DNA of 64,000 nt, taken from Phoronis australis (Eukaryota > Animalia > Phoronida). Below the pieces are notes generated by a model. The model did no database searches, was not told the DNA's origin, and saw only the letters and a list, made by a program, of their open reading frames with translations. Position 1 is the first letter of the stretch; every line of letters starts with the position of its first letter. Location of the stretch: contig NMRA01000327.1 of assembly GCA_002633005.1 (NCBI GenBank), positions 383,192 to 447,191 on the forward strand, read 5' to 3'. Shown here one piece after another: positions 24,003 to 38,000 of this stretch. Position numbers and translations under genes: made by a program.

Positions 24003-27000
24003 ATGTCTACTAAAATCAAAAATCGTGTAGTTTCTGCGTTCAAAATGCATGGCCTCACGCTGAAAAGGTAAGGATTTAGAATTCCTTAGTGTAATAGCAC
24101 GTTACGCCATAACTTACTTCGTAACTTACCCGAGTCGTCCGACCAGACTCAGCTGACACTGTCAGTGACACTGACAATCAGCTGAAGTGACCTCTGTTCT
24201 GTTCTGTTGCGTTCAACAGTTCATCATTTATTTTGGAGTAAATCTAAGAATTTACAATTTTTATTGTGAATGAACTTTATCAGTAATTACTGTTGTGTTT
24301 ACCTTTGGCATTTTGTCTTGGTTTTCTGAGAGTACTTTTGGACAGATTTTCACCTGTGGCTGTCGAATAAAATGCATGCAATTTCGTCACCAGTACTTTC
24401 AGACACTTAGTATTTCAGACTTTTTCTTCTTAACTGAATCTAACAACTACACATTAGAAATAAACAGGTGTCTAAAATGTTTTGAATCTGGACGTAAATA
24501 CTCCAAACTAGTGCAAAGTTGTGGTATATGTAGAGATCTGATCACCCGTTTGATATCATAGGCCGATAGGCGGATTTAGGGGGGCTGGCTGACCACCTCT
24601 GTCAAACACTAGCTGGATGGTCACCGCTTCCATACACAGGTGGCTGGCTAGCCACCCCTGTTGTGCGCAGCTGACTCTCTCTCTACCATCAGGGCCCTCA
24701 ATCCCTCTATTTTTGGGCCAAATATCGGCCTCATGCCCCTTTAAAAAGTAGTGAAAAATCATGCGAAATTCCTCTCATGATGCCCAAAATTCCTGTCAAG
24801 TGATTCAAAAATTCCTGTTGAGGTTTGAATCACTTTATTTGCACACAACACTTTGAAAGATGACAAAATGTTAGTTTTGGTTACTTGAAGCCTATGAGCG
24901 CTTGCGACATAGTGGGGTTACTATTGATGAATGATGGCGATTGGGAGGTAGAATTTCCCCCTCACCCTCACCCCAGAATAGCCCACCTCGGAATTCACAG
25001 GTATCTTCCCCCGTGGAAGAACAAAGGCCCTGACCACATTCGTACACAACCCCCGTCATACGCAGCTAATTGGCTGGTTACCTCTGTCGTACACAGCTAG
25101 CTGGCTGGCCTACCCATTCAATTTCTGCAATATCAAAATTTCACTACATTGTATGTAATTACAGCACCATCGTATGATCATAAAGGAGGAGATTACTGTA
25201 TTAAATGTGTGTTGGGCGTTCTTATTACAGTCTTAAAATAAACATCAAGATCATTTCTTAGTGTGTACTTAGACTGTAGAAAGACAGTTACTTAGTGTGG
25301 CGGAATCCCTCAGCATTTGGTTTATTGCACTTGACTTTTGATAACGTCATTCTTGATTTTCATTTTCTGGTCTGTCTTTGAAACACATGTGAACATTTTC
25401 TCTAAATTGTAGACTTTTCCATGTTTTGATTTATCAGTATTTTGATGTGCCAACATTAAACCAACTGATGTATAGTAGCCATGAATGATGTGAACTGTTT
25501 GAAGTGATATTCATATGGTGACCATGTGTGTATTTTCTAGTGATGCTTCCAAGTACTTGGTGGATGTCCTCAGCCAAGTCAATGAAGTCCAAAGAGAAGA
25601 TGCTGTTGATAAGTTGTTGGAGGCGATTCAGAAGCAGTCATGTGAGTTGATAATGAAGTTTGCTTAATAATATATTATCGTAAATTTTGAAAAAACGTGC
25701 CCATCTTTGTATGTGGTGGGATAAGTGCCTGATTATCTTAAATGTCGACTCTTGTTATGTTATTATCACTTGCACAAAGTGCATGTCACATTTTCGCTAC
25801 AAAACGGAGAAGAAAAAAAAAATAATCTGGGAAATCTTGGGTTTCGTATAAAAGTGTCATTTAGAGAGGCAGTAAGATTCAGATTTCAAAACATTTGAAA
25901 CATGATCTGCTATAATTTGACGATTTCAGTGAAGTCAAGCCTCATCAGTCGAGCTGTGTGTGAAAGTGCTGTACAAGAATGTAATCAAGAAGACGAAGAT
26001 GAAAGGTAGGCTCAACTGACGTCATGAAACCCTCTTATATACATGTGTAGTGAGAGTTATAGTTGCAGTGTTTTGCAGGTTGTTCAAGCGACAAAGTATG
26101 TTAAGTCATTTGTCTGAATGTATTCAGATATACACTCTGGCTGGTGTCACGAGTGATGTGTCATGCTGCTGACCTGTGTGATGTGTCACGCTGGTGACAC
26201 TTGATGTGCCACACTGTGCCACACTGTCATATGTGATGTGTCATGCACGTGTGATGTGTCACGCTGGTGACCCTTGTGGTGTGCGTCGCTTGTGATACGT
26301 GTGGTATGTCATGTTGATGATGCTTGTGGTGTGTCACGCTGGTGACACATCTTGTGTGTCTCGCTGGTGACACTTATGGTGTGTTGCACTCGTGACATGT
26401 ATAGTGTGTCACGCTGGTGACCCATATGATGTGTCACGCCAGTGACACGTGTGATGTGTCATGCTGGTGACACGTGTAATGTGTTATGCTGGTGACACGT
26501 GTGATGTGTCATGTCAACGCCTGCAGCAAGCTGTGACTGATCAGGACAGCTACTGAAGTGTGGAGTGTATTGTGTTTGAGTATAACTTATCAATGTCACT
26601 GAATAACTGACTGTAATGTAGATTTCTGTGTTCTATTCTCTATGAGAAAGACACAATTTGAAGCTACGTGATATCTCACGATGTGCAGCACTTTATAAAA
26701 TTGATCGTGGAAAAATTGTATGGTGTTGAATTATGTGTCTTGGAGGGTAGAATTAACATTCTATTGAATCCTTTAAAAAGTATTATAAGAAAAGCTACGG
26801 TGCAAAAAGTGTACAACTTGGTTGAAGTCAAACCAACTTTTTATTATCCAAAATACATAATCAAGAAAACATTGAGACTGATGTGAAATAAAACAAACTG
26901 TTGTCAATAACTGATTCTCTTTGTCTTTCAGTGACGTTTTCTCTGTAATCGACGCTTTCACAGTTCCCAGATTTGTTTATAGCAATGATAGAAAAAAGTT

Positions 27001-30000
27001 CATTGCGTAAGTATCTTGCACTTTTATGGCTACTCAAGTACTTGCTTCTTATATCTACATACAAAATGAGCGCCTTGATCAAATCCTACTGAATCAGTAA
27101 ATGATAAATATTCAAACGTTGACAAGTGAGTGTCCTGAGACACATTTTATGTGGTTCTGTTTTGATGATATTGATATTAATAGCATGAAATGGAAACCAA
27201 TAATGATTTTCATATTTTATTGGCAGCCTTTGCTCGGGATGTTAACCACTTTCAAGAGTCCTGTTTGGTTGTAAAGTCAGTTTTATAGATTTTGTTTTGA
27301 GACTAGACGTTTCTTGTTGCATCAATGTAAATACTGTTTAATTTTAATTTTAGGGAAAGTGAAGTCAACTCTAACCCAGTGTGCCTTCATGGCAATGCCT
27401 TGTCAAAAGGAGACTTTTTCAGAAACAAGTACTCTGTATTGTTGCAAGTAAGAGTCACATTGCTTTACCCTGGCTTTTACAACTGAATAAAAGTGTGTAA
27501 TGACTTGTGACATAGAAAAATGACGTTCATTTATATCACGAGTGTACCCATTATCAATTCCTTTATTATCAATCAAATTTGGCTTCATGATGACTTATTT
27601 AACATATGACTGCAGCTACGACAGGCTGCAGCCTTTAGGTTGAAGGGTGGACACATTGGTTTGCAGTTATTTATTTGAAGTGAGCTATCTTTTTTATGCA
27701 ACTTTTTTATTCTTTCCTAAATTGATTCATGGTGGCGTCATATGTTAATTATTTCTTGCAATGACTTAACCCACTCCAGCTTACAGCGCAACCTGTACAC
27801 TACGTCCACAACATTACAGCAATGGCTGTTCTAATGCTCCAGTCAATGCTGCGAAGGCTTGACTCTGGAAGTTTTGAGTCCCTTTGAACAACTGTCACAC
27901 ATGTTGACCGATTGGTTTCTGTTGATTTAGTTTTTAGTACAATAATCCTCTAAAAAGTTTCAAAGAAATTCAGTGTGTATAAGGTATATTGATCAACAAT
28001 GCATTCAAAAATGGTAACAGTCCCAAAAAAGTAAGCAATTGTCATTCAAGTCAATTTTTTCAGAGAACTTCTCGTCACGATTTATTTACACCTAGTGCTG
28101 TTGGTGTCACAGACCAGGAGAAAAAGTTTGAGGTAATGTGTTTTAGTTTACTTAGCACTTTCTTACCAATGGGCAGCATATTATTGAGCTACTGATTAAA
28201 GCTTACGTACTCTCAGTTTGTGCACAATCTCTCCATTTCCATTTGCATGAGTGTGTATGTGATCTTCAGTGGCAGTTTTTTTTTAAAGTAGTGGACTTCG
28301 TTAAACTCGAAACAATTTTTTATAATAATTGTTGGCTTACCTGCTGGCACCTGGTGCTTGGTGCGGAATTAACACCTTTTCTTTCCTTTTCTGTTAGCTG
28401 AAGCCTGTTGAGTATTTGCTTGGCAGCACCACAAAGTTGGGAGAAATCATTGTACTTGGCATGTTGACACAGCTTAAAGAGGTGAGGATATAGATGTTAG
28501 TTGAAGTAATGTGGTGATTGAATGAGACTGAGGTAATGATGTTAAAAGCTAAAAATCCTGCATCGATTAATGTTAACAGCTACTCAAGACCCATGTAAAG
28601 TTTGCTAACAACTAGACAAGACACCTATGACCTGTGACAACCAAAAATCAGATGCTAAATTTGTTCCCAGTGCAATGATACTTTCTTTTTAATTTTCGTA
28701 AAGAACAGCTTGGTTTGACTTTTTAAGTACGATACATGTCTAAAATAATAAAATCACTTGGAAATCTTTGTAATGATGGCTAAGTGGTATTGTAATCCTC
28801 GTCATGATGTCTAAGCACTACCAGAATACCCCGTCTTGGCATATAATGTTGTGGATTTGCAGGCAGGCTAGTGTATTGTTTTATGTATTATATATTAGAT
28901 GAAATACACACCCAGTTACGATATTGTATTAATTTTGAGATAAAAAATTAAGAGATAATAAAACTACCTTTTACTTTTTTTCTGTTCATCTTTACAATTC
29001 ATTTGTTAATTTCATTACAGGGCAAGTGGTTTCTAGAGGATCCCACTGGTGCAGTACTGTTGGACTTGTCCACTGCAATATCCTTTCATGTCTACTCTAC
29101 AAACCAATGCAATTGATAAGAAAATGTTCATGATCTAGGATTTTCTAATGTCTTTAAGTCCAAAAGTTTGGTTGTCAAAAATAAATACTTTTTGTATGGA
29201 AAGGTGATTCTTTATTCTTGATATTAGAATTTTTGGACAAAAAGGCCTCAAAATAAAATCTCTGACACACTAATAAAATAAAGAAACAGAATTTGCAAGT
29301 TCTATGCAAAAAAATGTTGTCACATGATTACGAATATCTGGGCATTAGTTTTATCCACGTAAAACATTCTGTGACCATCAAGGATAGTTTTGTGCATTAA
29401 TTTTTGGTTTACGTAGTTGTGTTCTGCTTTGTGTTGTCGAACAAGAGTCGATATGTAGAAGTTAGTTCTCATTCTTTCAATGGATGTGGTACACTCCACA
29501 CTTAGTAAATTGGCCCAGCTTGTTGGAACAGGTCAGTTTTAATTTCTCTTCACCATTGGTTAAATAGTAGTGCTAGATCCCACGAGAGGGCGTAGTGAGG
29601 TCTTGCGTCAGTGTGTTGTTTTGCACTTTTTCTTTGTGTGATTGTTTCAGTTATGGCAAGCATAAATTAGCTTCAGTCTTTAATAACTTGCTCTCTAAAC
29701 TTGAATAATGTTGGCCAAACATCTAGTATTGAGAAACAGATAACAAAAACTAATGGTGAACTTTAGTGATGTAATTGTTTTAAGTTATGTGCAGATACCA
29801 CCTTAACTGTGACTACAATTTTCACAGTGGTTTATTCACTGAGAATTGTTTCGTGTTGGCTGAAGGTACATATGAAGATGGCATATTTCATGTCACAGCA
29901 TTTGGTTTTCCACCTCCTGAACCTGCTAAAACTACAAGGTATGGGGTGTCGCTGAGTATACTCTAGTCTCCATTAGGTGTAATTATGATCCGTGTTACCT

Positions 30001-33000
30001 GTTCATTGTGTTGTGCATCTGAGAACATTCATTTTTACTATCCACTTTTTCTCTTGCAGCTTGTAGTAACTTCAAAAAATGTTCATTGTTCAAAATTATC
30101 TCTCATGTCTGAATTACAAATTGGATCTTTTAGAACTGTGTTCATTGTGGTGTGGTCTGCTTGGCTACACTCTGCATAACATGGGTCCATGCAGTTTTAT
30201 TCAATAACTCTTTGATAAATTAACTAAGTTAAACCTTGTACAACTATTTGTTTCAAGTGACTGATTGTTATTTTTTCAGGGCATACTTTGGAAATATCAA
30301 CTTCTTTGGTGGTAACTCTGCCATAAGTGTCAAAGCTTCCACTAAGCTTCGCCAGATAGAAGCTGAGAGTGAAGACGCCATGTTTGTGTTCCTATCTGAT
30401 GTGTGGCTAGACAATATTAAGGTTTGTAATGGTTTAACTGCTCCCTTGGAACAGAACTAAAAGTTAGGTTTTACTTGCATTTGCTAAATATGAATGATGA
30501 TATTGTGAATATGATTAATAATATTTCATTCTTTTTTACAAAACTGTATGGTGCATACTTCAATTAATTTACATTTCTAAAATGTCTTTAGTTCATCCAC
30601 TGTTCTTCATGCAGGTTATGGAAAAATTACAAGTGCTGTTCACTGGTTACTCTGAAATGCCACCAACATGTATGGTGTTTTGTGGGAATTTTATATCAGC
30701 GCCCTCTGCAGCCAACCATGTGAAAGTTATGAGAGGTAAATGGCCTAGTTGACTGCATTACAGTAACATAGGATAGTTGAGCCCCCTCTTGCTAATTTAT
30801 CATTCGAATTTGTTGTTTTGAGCAGATTGCCTTTATGTGTTGTAAGAAAAAGAATTGTGATAATAATTTGTAATGGCGTGTCTTGGTGTGGTTATCTTCA
30901 GTAATATTTAAAGTCATAATATGTACTGGGTTATCATGTTTTCAAATATTTTGTTGGGTGTAGTAACATGCAGCACTAGGTCTTATAGGTTGTATGGCTT
31001 TTTGAAAAAATTCTTGCCCTGTTTCCTGGAAGTGAATGGCATATATTGATATGACATACTAAAAGAGAAAATTAGCAAAATTTGTCTAGTATATAAACCT
31101 AGACATTCTCTTGGTGATTCTTCCTGATTGTTTTCCAGAACTATTCGACAAACTTGCTGATCTCCTTAGCAAGTACGACCATCTTGTACAGAACACAAAA
31201 TTTCTTTTTATTCCCGGACCTCACGATCTAGGACCTGGTAATATTCTACCAAGGTAATGTTCACGGACCTAGCTGTTCCAACTCAGTTCACCCCTTCGCT
31301 TCATCTCCACCATAAAGACTGTTATGTTTTTTATTGAAATGTTCATGGTGTGCTTTTTCCTTTTTGGCCCAGCATATAGGGAATAATGGGTTCGATAAAA
31401 ACTGGGAAAACGAAAACAGGGCCAATTAGATTTTACAGATCATTCCAGGGATTCGGTAGACCCCAGACAGCCATGCATTCATAGTGAAAAATCTCGTCGT
31501 AATAAATGACCTTATATCGCCATCCTCAATCTCCTTTTCATCTCTTGTAACGAGCTTGCGTTGCATGTATCATTTATCTATTATTCGGGACATATGTCGA
31601 TCATAAATCTGCTTATGGAACAGAAACAGTAAATTGTATCCCAGAATTCATGAAACAATCCCATAATTCAGCATTTCAACCTCACTGTTCAATCTCTTCA
31701 GATGCCGCCATTTTACAAGGTTACACTAGTAAGGTCTCGAGCATAGTGGCAAAACACTAGTCTCGTCACTTTTCACTCTGACAGTTGTTTTGCTTTTTAT
31801 GGAATGTTCGTACATCTGCAGAACACTTTCCAGATGTCACCGTCATTTGAATCTGTTGAAGGTGAAAATGACTTTAAGATTCCTTTGTAAGTCACTCATT
31901 ACTCTTCAAGTTGGTAATAAGCATACTCATCATTTTGGTTCAAGTATGATACAGTGTTATTAAAGTAATAAGGCATTATCCACTTGGTGGAAGAATATAA
32001 TGTATATACTTTACACAAATTATTGTTGTGCAGAAAACTAACTCGGCTTTTAACAATGAAGTTGGCTGCTATTTTTCTTTAGTTTGTATATTTTATTGTG
32101 AAATGAAATCCCATACTTATTTAAAGTGTTCAAACAACTTTACATTAAAATAAATCGAGGCCGTGTTTCCTCTGATGATATTGTGGCCTAGGCTTCACAG
32201 AAAACCATTTCATATTGAAATTATGATGAAATCATAATATATGCATCCTTTTCCGTACTTCCATCGCAGGCCGTCACTTCCGAGTATAGTGACTGAAAGT
32301 TTTCAAGATCGGATTCCTACAGCCATTTTTGGAAGCAACCCTTGCAGACTTCAATATTGCACGCAGGAGTTGGTTGTGTTCAGAGAGGACATTGTCACCA
32401 AAATGTGCCGTAACTGTGTCAGATTTCCTAGTGACGGAGACGTCCCAACCCATGTAAGTGTTGTTGTTGCGATGATAGCATTGTCAGCTAACTCTGTATG
32501 TCTGTCTATGTGCATGAAATGGACAAAAATTTAGAAATATTTCATCGGTAATGAGTAGAGACATATTTTAAAAAATTTGGCAATGACTAATAAAAATAAA
32601 TGATGTACTTCAGAAAAAATTGTTATCAGAATTGAGATCTGACAGTCCACGTTTTCTCAAGGATCTGACAAAGAACCGAGAACAGTTAGAAGACAAGTCT
32701 ATCTCGCCAGTTAGTCTACGTCTTGAGAAAGAGCGGAAGCTCAGAACATCAGATCTAAATTTCAACTTAATATTGACATAATTTTGTCCACTGTTTCATA
32801 TACATTTTATTATCAGAAACAATTTTTAATGTATTTTTATGCAGTAACTATTAACACAGCAAGTGGGAAGCTCACCCTGTCAATAAAAAATGTGGCCATG
32901 ATTTAAACAATTATTTTCTAGCAGTGATGTATCCTTTGTACATGTTTCCATAAAATAAAAGTAAAAAGTAATATTTTCATTGACCATTTTCAGTTTGCCA

Positions 33001-33829
33001 AGACCATCATAAGCCAGGCCCACCTGTGCCCCCTGCCCCTTCATGTGTCTCCCGTTTATTGGACCCATGACCACAGTTTGCGCTGCTATCCTCTGCCAGA
33101 CCTCATTGTTTGTGCTGATAAGTTTGACCCGTTCTCTGTCACAAACCTGGATTGTACTGTAATGAATCCAGTAAGTATTGCCTGTGAGGGATTTTCTTCA
33201 TAAAACTTAGCTTCTGTATTTTGAAAGATTACATGAAACATTGTTCTGAGATTTGCATTTTTACAGTTCTGTATTATTCGCTTAATTATCTGTATCCCCT
33301 AAGCCCATTGCAGGGTCTAGTGTGTGGAAATGTTTAAAAAACGAGTACCTTCACATCTTTGCCATTTACTATAATCACATAGTTTCTGTAACTCAGTTTG
33401 ATTAACATAAACAAACACTGGAATTGTTAACTCACATTTATCGACGCAACGCCCACAGTCTGCAGTCTTCAGCTTAGCTAGTGATGTTAGGATGGGCTTG
33501 ACCAATGGGTGGCGTTTTAGTCAGACGACGCGTCAAGGACAGCAAGGGTTCTGTGCCATGTATGGGACACTTGAAACCTGAATTTTATTAATTACATGGA
33601 ACTACATTAAATAAAGCCTGGAGGAAAACTACAAGATGCATATTTTATAATAGAATAATTATCTGGCTTGCATAAACTATATTAAAAAAATGCTGATGTA
33701 AGAAATGGAGTGCTCACTCTCATCATTGGTGATGTTTCTCCACAGGGCTCATTTCCGAGGAACGATTTCAGTTTTAAAGTTTACTACCCGTCTTCACGGC
33801 AGACAGAGGAAAGCAAAATTACTGAGTAA
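24003..33829 (+). CDS. POLE2: DNA polymerase epsilon subunit 2 (~521 aa, 15 exons)
   Basis: Exons 24003-24067, 25541-25641, 25930-26005, 26932-27006, 27354-27447, 28064-28132, 28398-28481, 29021-29077, 29817-29938, 30280-30421, 30615-30735, 31139-31253, 32270-32453, 32994-33170, 33746-33829 join in frame (1566 nt). Motifs [84 protein letters not shown]. Confidence 0.97.
26140..26515. repeat. Minisatellite, ~25-bp self-complementary unit (GTGTCACGCTGGTGACACGTGTGAT)
   Basis: About 14 degenerate copies in POLE2 intron 3. Confidence 0.85.
29078..29816 (+). other. U12-type AT-AC intron of POLE2
   Basis: 5' end ATATCCTTT, branch site CCTTAAC at 29801-29807, 3' end ...GACTAC. Removal gives the in-frame junction DLSTA|NFHSG. 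Confidence 0.93.
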
Positions 33830-35059
33830 CATTGTGAATGGATTGACAATGATGGAGGTACAGAGGTGGCTGGTGAAAGATGGACAAATCCAACAATAGT
33901 CAGAACACTTGTGTAATGTCATCTTGAAAAAAAACATGTAGTGTATACTGGGGTGCCGTAAAAGTTTGCAAAGGCATGCGATACTGTATGCTGCATATTT
34001 ACGAAATAATTTTATCTCACCGTATGGGTAAACAAGTGCAAAATAGATCTGGACCGACTCTGGTCAAAACCGAAGATTCGTAATGCAGAGTACTACAATT
34101 GATGAAAAATTGATGTAATTACTTATTTTATGCACATTACTTTTGTCCATTTTGTATATTAGTCATATCAGAAATAAATAGCTCAGTTCAAAGCTTGTAA
34201 ATTATTCACTGTTTGGGAGTTTAGTGAATGCAAACAACACTGAGACAGATGAAACTATATCATAAAAAACCCATGTGATGATCTATTTTGCTGTAAATAA
34301 ACAAGATTTATCTCCTCCATTTGCCTATTGTACGTGGCTGGCTGACATGCCAGACAAAACAGACTATGCGACTGAACACTTTGGATGAATATAATGTGTA
34401 TGAAACAGCTTCTTTATCAGCATGTTCCAAAAGGGATAAGATGAAAAACAGACTAGATGGCATTCAGAGGAATGTATTTCACCTGATCCACTATCAAAGA
34501 ACACAGTGTCAGACCTAACCACTTTCAGCTAACAAATTGTTGGTTTCTTATCATGCAGATCACCTTGGAAATGTCCTACTCATTTTTGAAATTACATATT
34601 AAATTTATCAGAGTTGATGTTATAGTTTGGGCCTATGGCCATATGTATATAATTATTTCAATAAAGAATACAAAATGAATAAATTATTAGATAATAAACA
34701 TCAATGTCTTTTGACATCAAAGAGACCTTGATGAGCATGCAGGCAGTAATTTAAGCTCCACGCAGCATTTAAGTCGAGCCAAAATCACGGACTAGAAGGA
34801 ATGTTGGCAGTGAACTTTCCTGTTGGACAATTCAAATGAACTACTTATTTCGTTGTGTTAAATATTATGCAAGTATAAGTTATAGTTTCTCAATGAAAAT
34901 GACAGTCAATTCACAATAATATATTTCACATGAAAAATTAATTTAAATTGTAAAATAAAAATTATATATAAATTTAATTATTTTATAATAAGTGACCATT
35001 AAAAGGCGAGGATATCCATGACACGCGAGGCAGCAAACTGTTCATCACTCTCCAGCCTC

Positions 35060-38000
35060 TCAGTCTTCTTCATCTCCACCTTCAGAGTCCTCATCCATGG
35101 CATTAAGAAACTGACGTTCTGATTCTGTAGTGTTCGGAGGCGACATGTCACTTGTCTCACCAGCGCCCGACTCTGTTGTATTAGGAGGTGAAGTATCACT
35201 AACACCACCAACATCATCTACCGTGTCCACCATGACAGATGGACAACTGCCATCAGAGTCCAGTGAGTCTATTGCGTTTTCTGTTCCTGTCTGACGGATG
35301 ACTCGTAACACAGTAATGGCCGCCAGTAGCTCCAAAGCCACTTCCTCATAACCTGTATCCTGACACTGTTTCACTATGTCATGCCACTGGTTCAGTGTAG
35401 TTACTTCATCCTCAAATACAGCCCTGCGCAACAAACTTGGCTCATTTTTGAATCCTGCAAAGAAAAGAGAAAGTGGAATCCACTTTAAAAGGTACTACAT
35501 GGTCTAGTGTTGAAAGCATTTGAAACACAACGGTAGCCATGTGGATTTTAATGAGGTATTGCTTTCAAGAACTTCGGCAGTTTCATTAAATGAGTGCTTC
35601 TTCATTTTTTATATCGGCATCTGTCTCCTCATATTTTCCACAGTTTTACTCAGTTTTTGTTGGGGGTAGCAGCAATGGCTTTTTATAAAGTTACTTGAAA
35701 TTGCTCCTATCCTAATAAAGAAAGAAAGATTAGAGAACCACCTAGCATCCCCTTAACACACATCACATTAGACAGTGTTAAAACCATGCGGCTATTCTCG
35801 AGAGCTAAAAGTTGAGTAATTAATAAGCAAGCACAATTAACAGTGGGATATACTATCCCACTAACAATCTGCATTTATTTTACCTCCTGACTGTGGCACC
35901 TAATGTTATCTACAAACTCTGCTTGGTGCACAAAAAGTTGTGTTTAGATCACAATGGTTGTCTTAACACTCAATGCACACCTACCTTGTTGTGGTCCCTG
36001 GATGTACAAATGTTGTAGCAGATTCAGACCCAGACTAAACTGGTCAATGTCCAATAGTTTACAGACGACCACTCCAATAGGGAGGAGTCGTGTATCACCA
36101 AGTTGAGGGTGTTTATCAGTGAGAGCCTGGGCTAACTGGGGGCTAGGGAACTGAAATGAATATGTTAAACAAGTTTAAATGCCTGGCCACACACGCATTC
36201 CCAGATGAGACATACTTAACCACAACAGCGTCATCGGAATTTCAAGGCTTAAGTTTCACCAAGCAGACCCCAAGTTGTAGTTTCAAAGTTTCATTAAAAC
36301 CCTGCTCAGTAAAAGTTAAGCCATAGCCTGACAGAACAAGGAATTTTTTCAAAACACCTTAATGAGCAAACATTAATATATCAATCAGAAAATATTGAGC
36401 AGGCAGCTATAAAATTATTGCTTTGCAATATAATAAGAATGTTAATGATATAACCCTGTAAGCAAAATAATTAAAGAATCAAAATTTATTTGCCTCCTTT
36501 AATAACGACAACCAAACATCTTGTGTCAATGTGGCGCCCTCTTGTAACGTGAATTCTAGGGCACGTTTGACCCTTCCTTGCTGAATGAGAACTCGTATCG
36601 TCTTCATTCGTGCATTCACTTGCAGGTAGATACTCTCAGCCAATGACAGATAAGTTCGGTTCTTGTGTTTGTTGCAGTACTCAACGATCAAATCACCAAG
36701 AGTTTCAGTAACCGTCAGTCTGCAAAATTTAAGGGACAAATATCTTATTTAGATAGTACATGGAATAGACATGTAACGTAACTCATACAAAACATTCTAG
36801 GTACTGTTCCAGTGCTTTCATGGTGTCGCTGGTGTGTTTGTTACATCGTTATTATGATTCTGACTACTCATTATCTTTGGTTTCACACAGTAGTTGGGAG
36901 TTCCAGTTGAAAGCAACATGTTTTCCTACAACCATCACAGAATTCTAGCTAAATATCACAGGTATCATCTGGTACTGATCCCCAGAATCTAACTCTGTCA
37001 TGTCGGCCTGGCCTGCCAGCTGGGTCTGTGAGCCTAACCTACCTCTGCTGTGAGATCCAGTGAGAGAGTAGATCCAGCTGGGTCTGTGAGCCTAACCTAC
37101 CTCTGCTGTGAGATCCAGTGAGAGAGTAGATCCAGCTGGGTCTGTGAGCCTAACCTACCTCTGCTGTGAGATCCAGTGAGAGAGTAGATCCAGCCTGTTC
37201 TCTTTCAATGCACACTTGACACACTCCATTGACATCACTTCACTAGGCTTAACACCAAGGGCCAGCACTGAGGACATGAGCGCGTCACAAAATGCCAACA
37301 GCGGAGACCGGCCCTTACCATCAACCACATCTAAAGAAACAATTATCAAATTGTAACACTCATACCCTTGCTTGTTTTTTCTTGAAGCAATTATTACTAA
37401 TATTACCAGACTTCTTTAAATATATTCATACCTAAAGTCAAACATCCTAACTATTTCTTTTCCATGTAAGTGACTGATAGTGTGTGGTGGTCGGGTCTGC
37501 TATCACATTTCTTTCATCGTTGAATGTGTTCATGCTATTAGGGAAGGCATTAAAACCACTGTAAGTTTTCTTTTTCAAAATAAACCCTCAACTTAACAGG
37601 ACAACAATTCAAGTAACATTGAACACAACGACCTTTCAACAATAGGTAACAAGTTTTCTGAATCGAACAGTTACGAATTTGAAATTGAGGTTATGACATA
37701 GGACATTATCGACAAGACAAGTCTGTATTGAGCCAAATATCAAAACCGCATATTTTAACACTATGGTATTTATTTCTGAAAGCAGAAGGCCTGTATAATT
37801 TGATTTTTGCATTTACCAATCTGTCATTGATTGGATCATAAGACTATGCCCTTTTTGTAACATTAGCAAAAAAGAAACAGGTACATTTCATAGCAAAACA
37901 AACTTAGATAACAATAATATGATCCAATTTCTTTTGGAATAAATGTTTCAAGATGAAACCTCAAAAATTCTTAAATCGTTTCATTTCATGCAACTTTTGA

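Noticed and set aside
23661-24050. 129-aa ORF suggesting an N-terminally extended LMAN1 overlapping POLE2
   Set aside because: The signal peptide begins at the ATG at 23894; the upstream part is promoter sequence and the antisense of POLE2 exon 1.
24557-25130. GC-richer patch in POLE2 intron 1 with short inverted ends (CATAGGCCGATA / TATCGGCCTCATG)
   Set aside because: Probably transposon remnants, but TSD and boundaries could not be established, so no call was made.
37016-37194. Regularly spaced direct repeats resembling a CRISPR array
   Set aside because: Contiguous identical units with no unique spacers, eukaryotic context and no cas genes.
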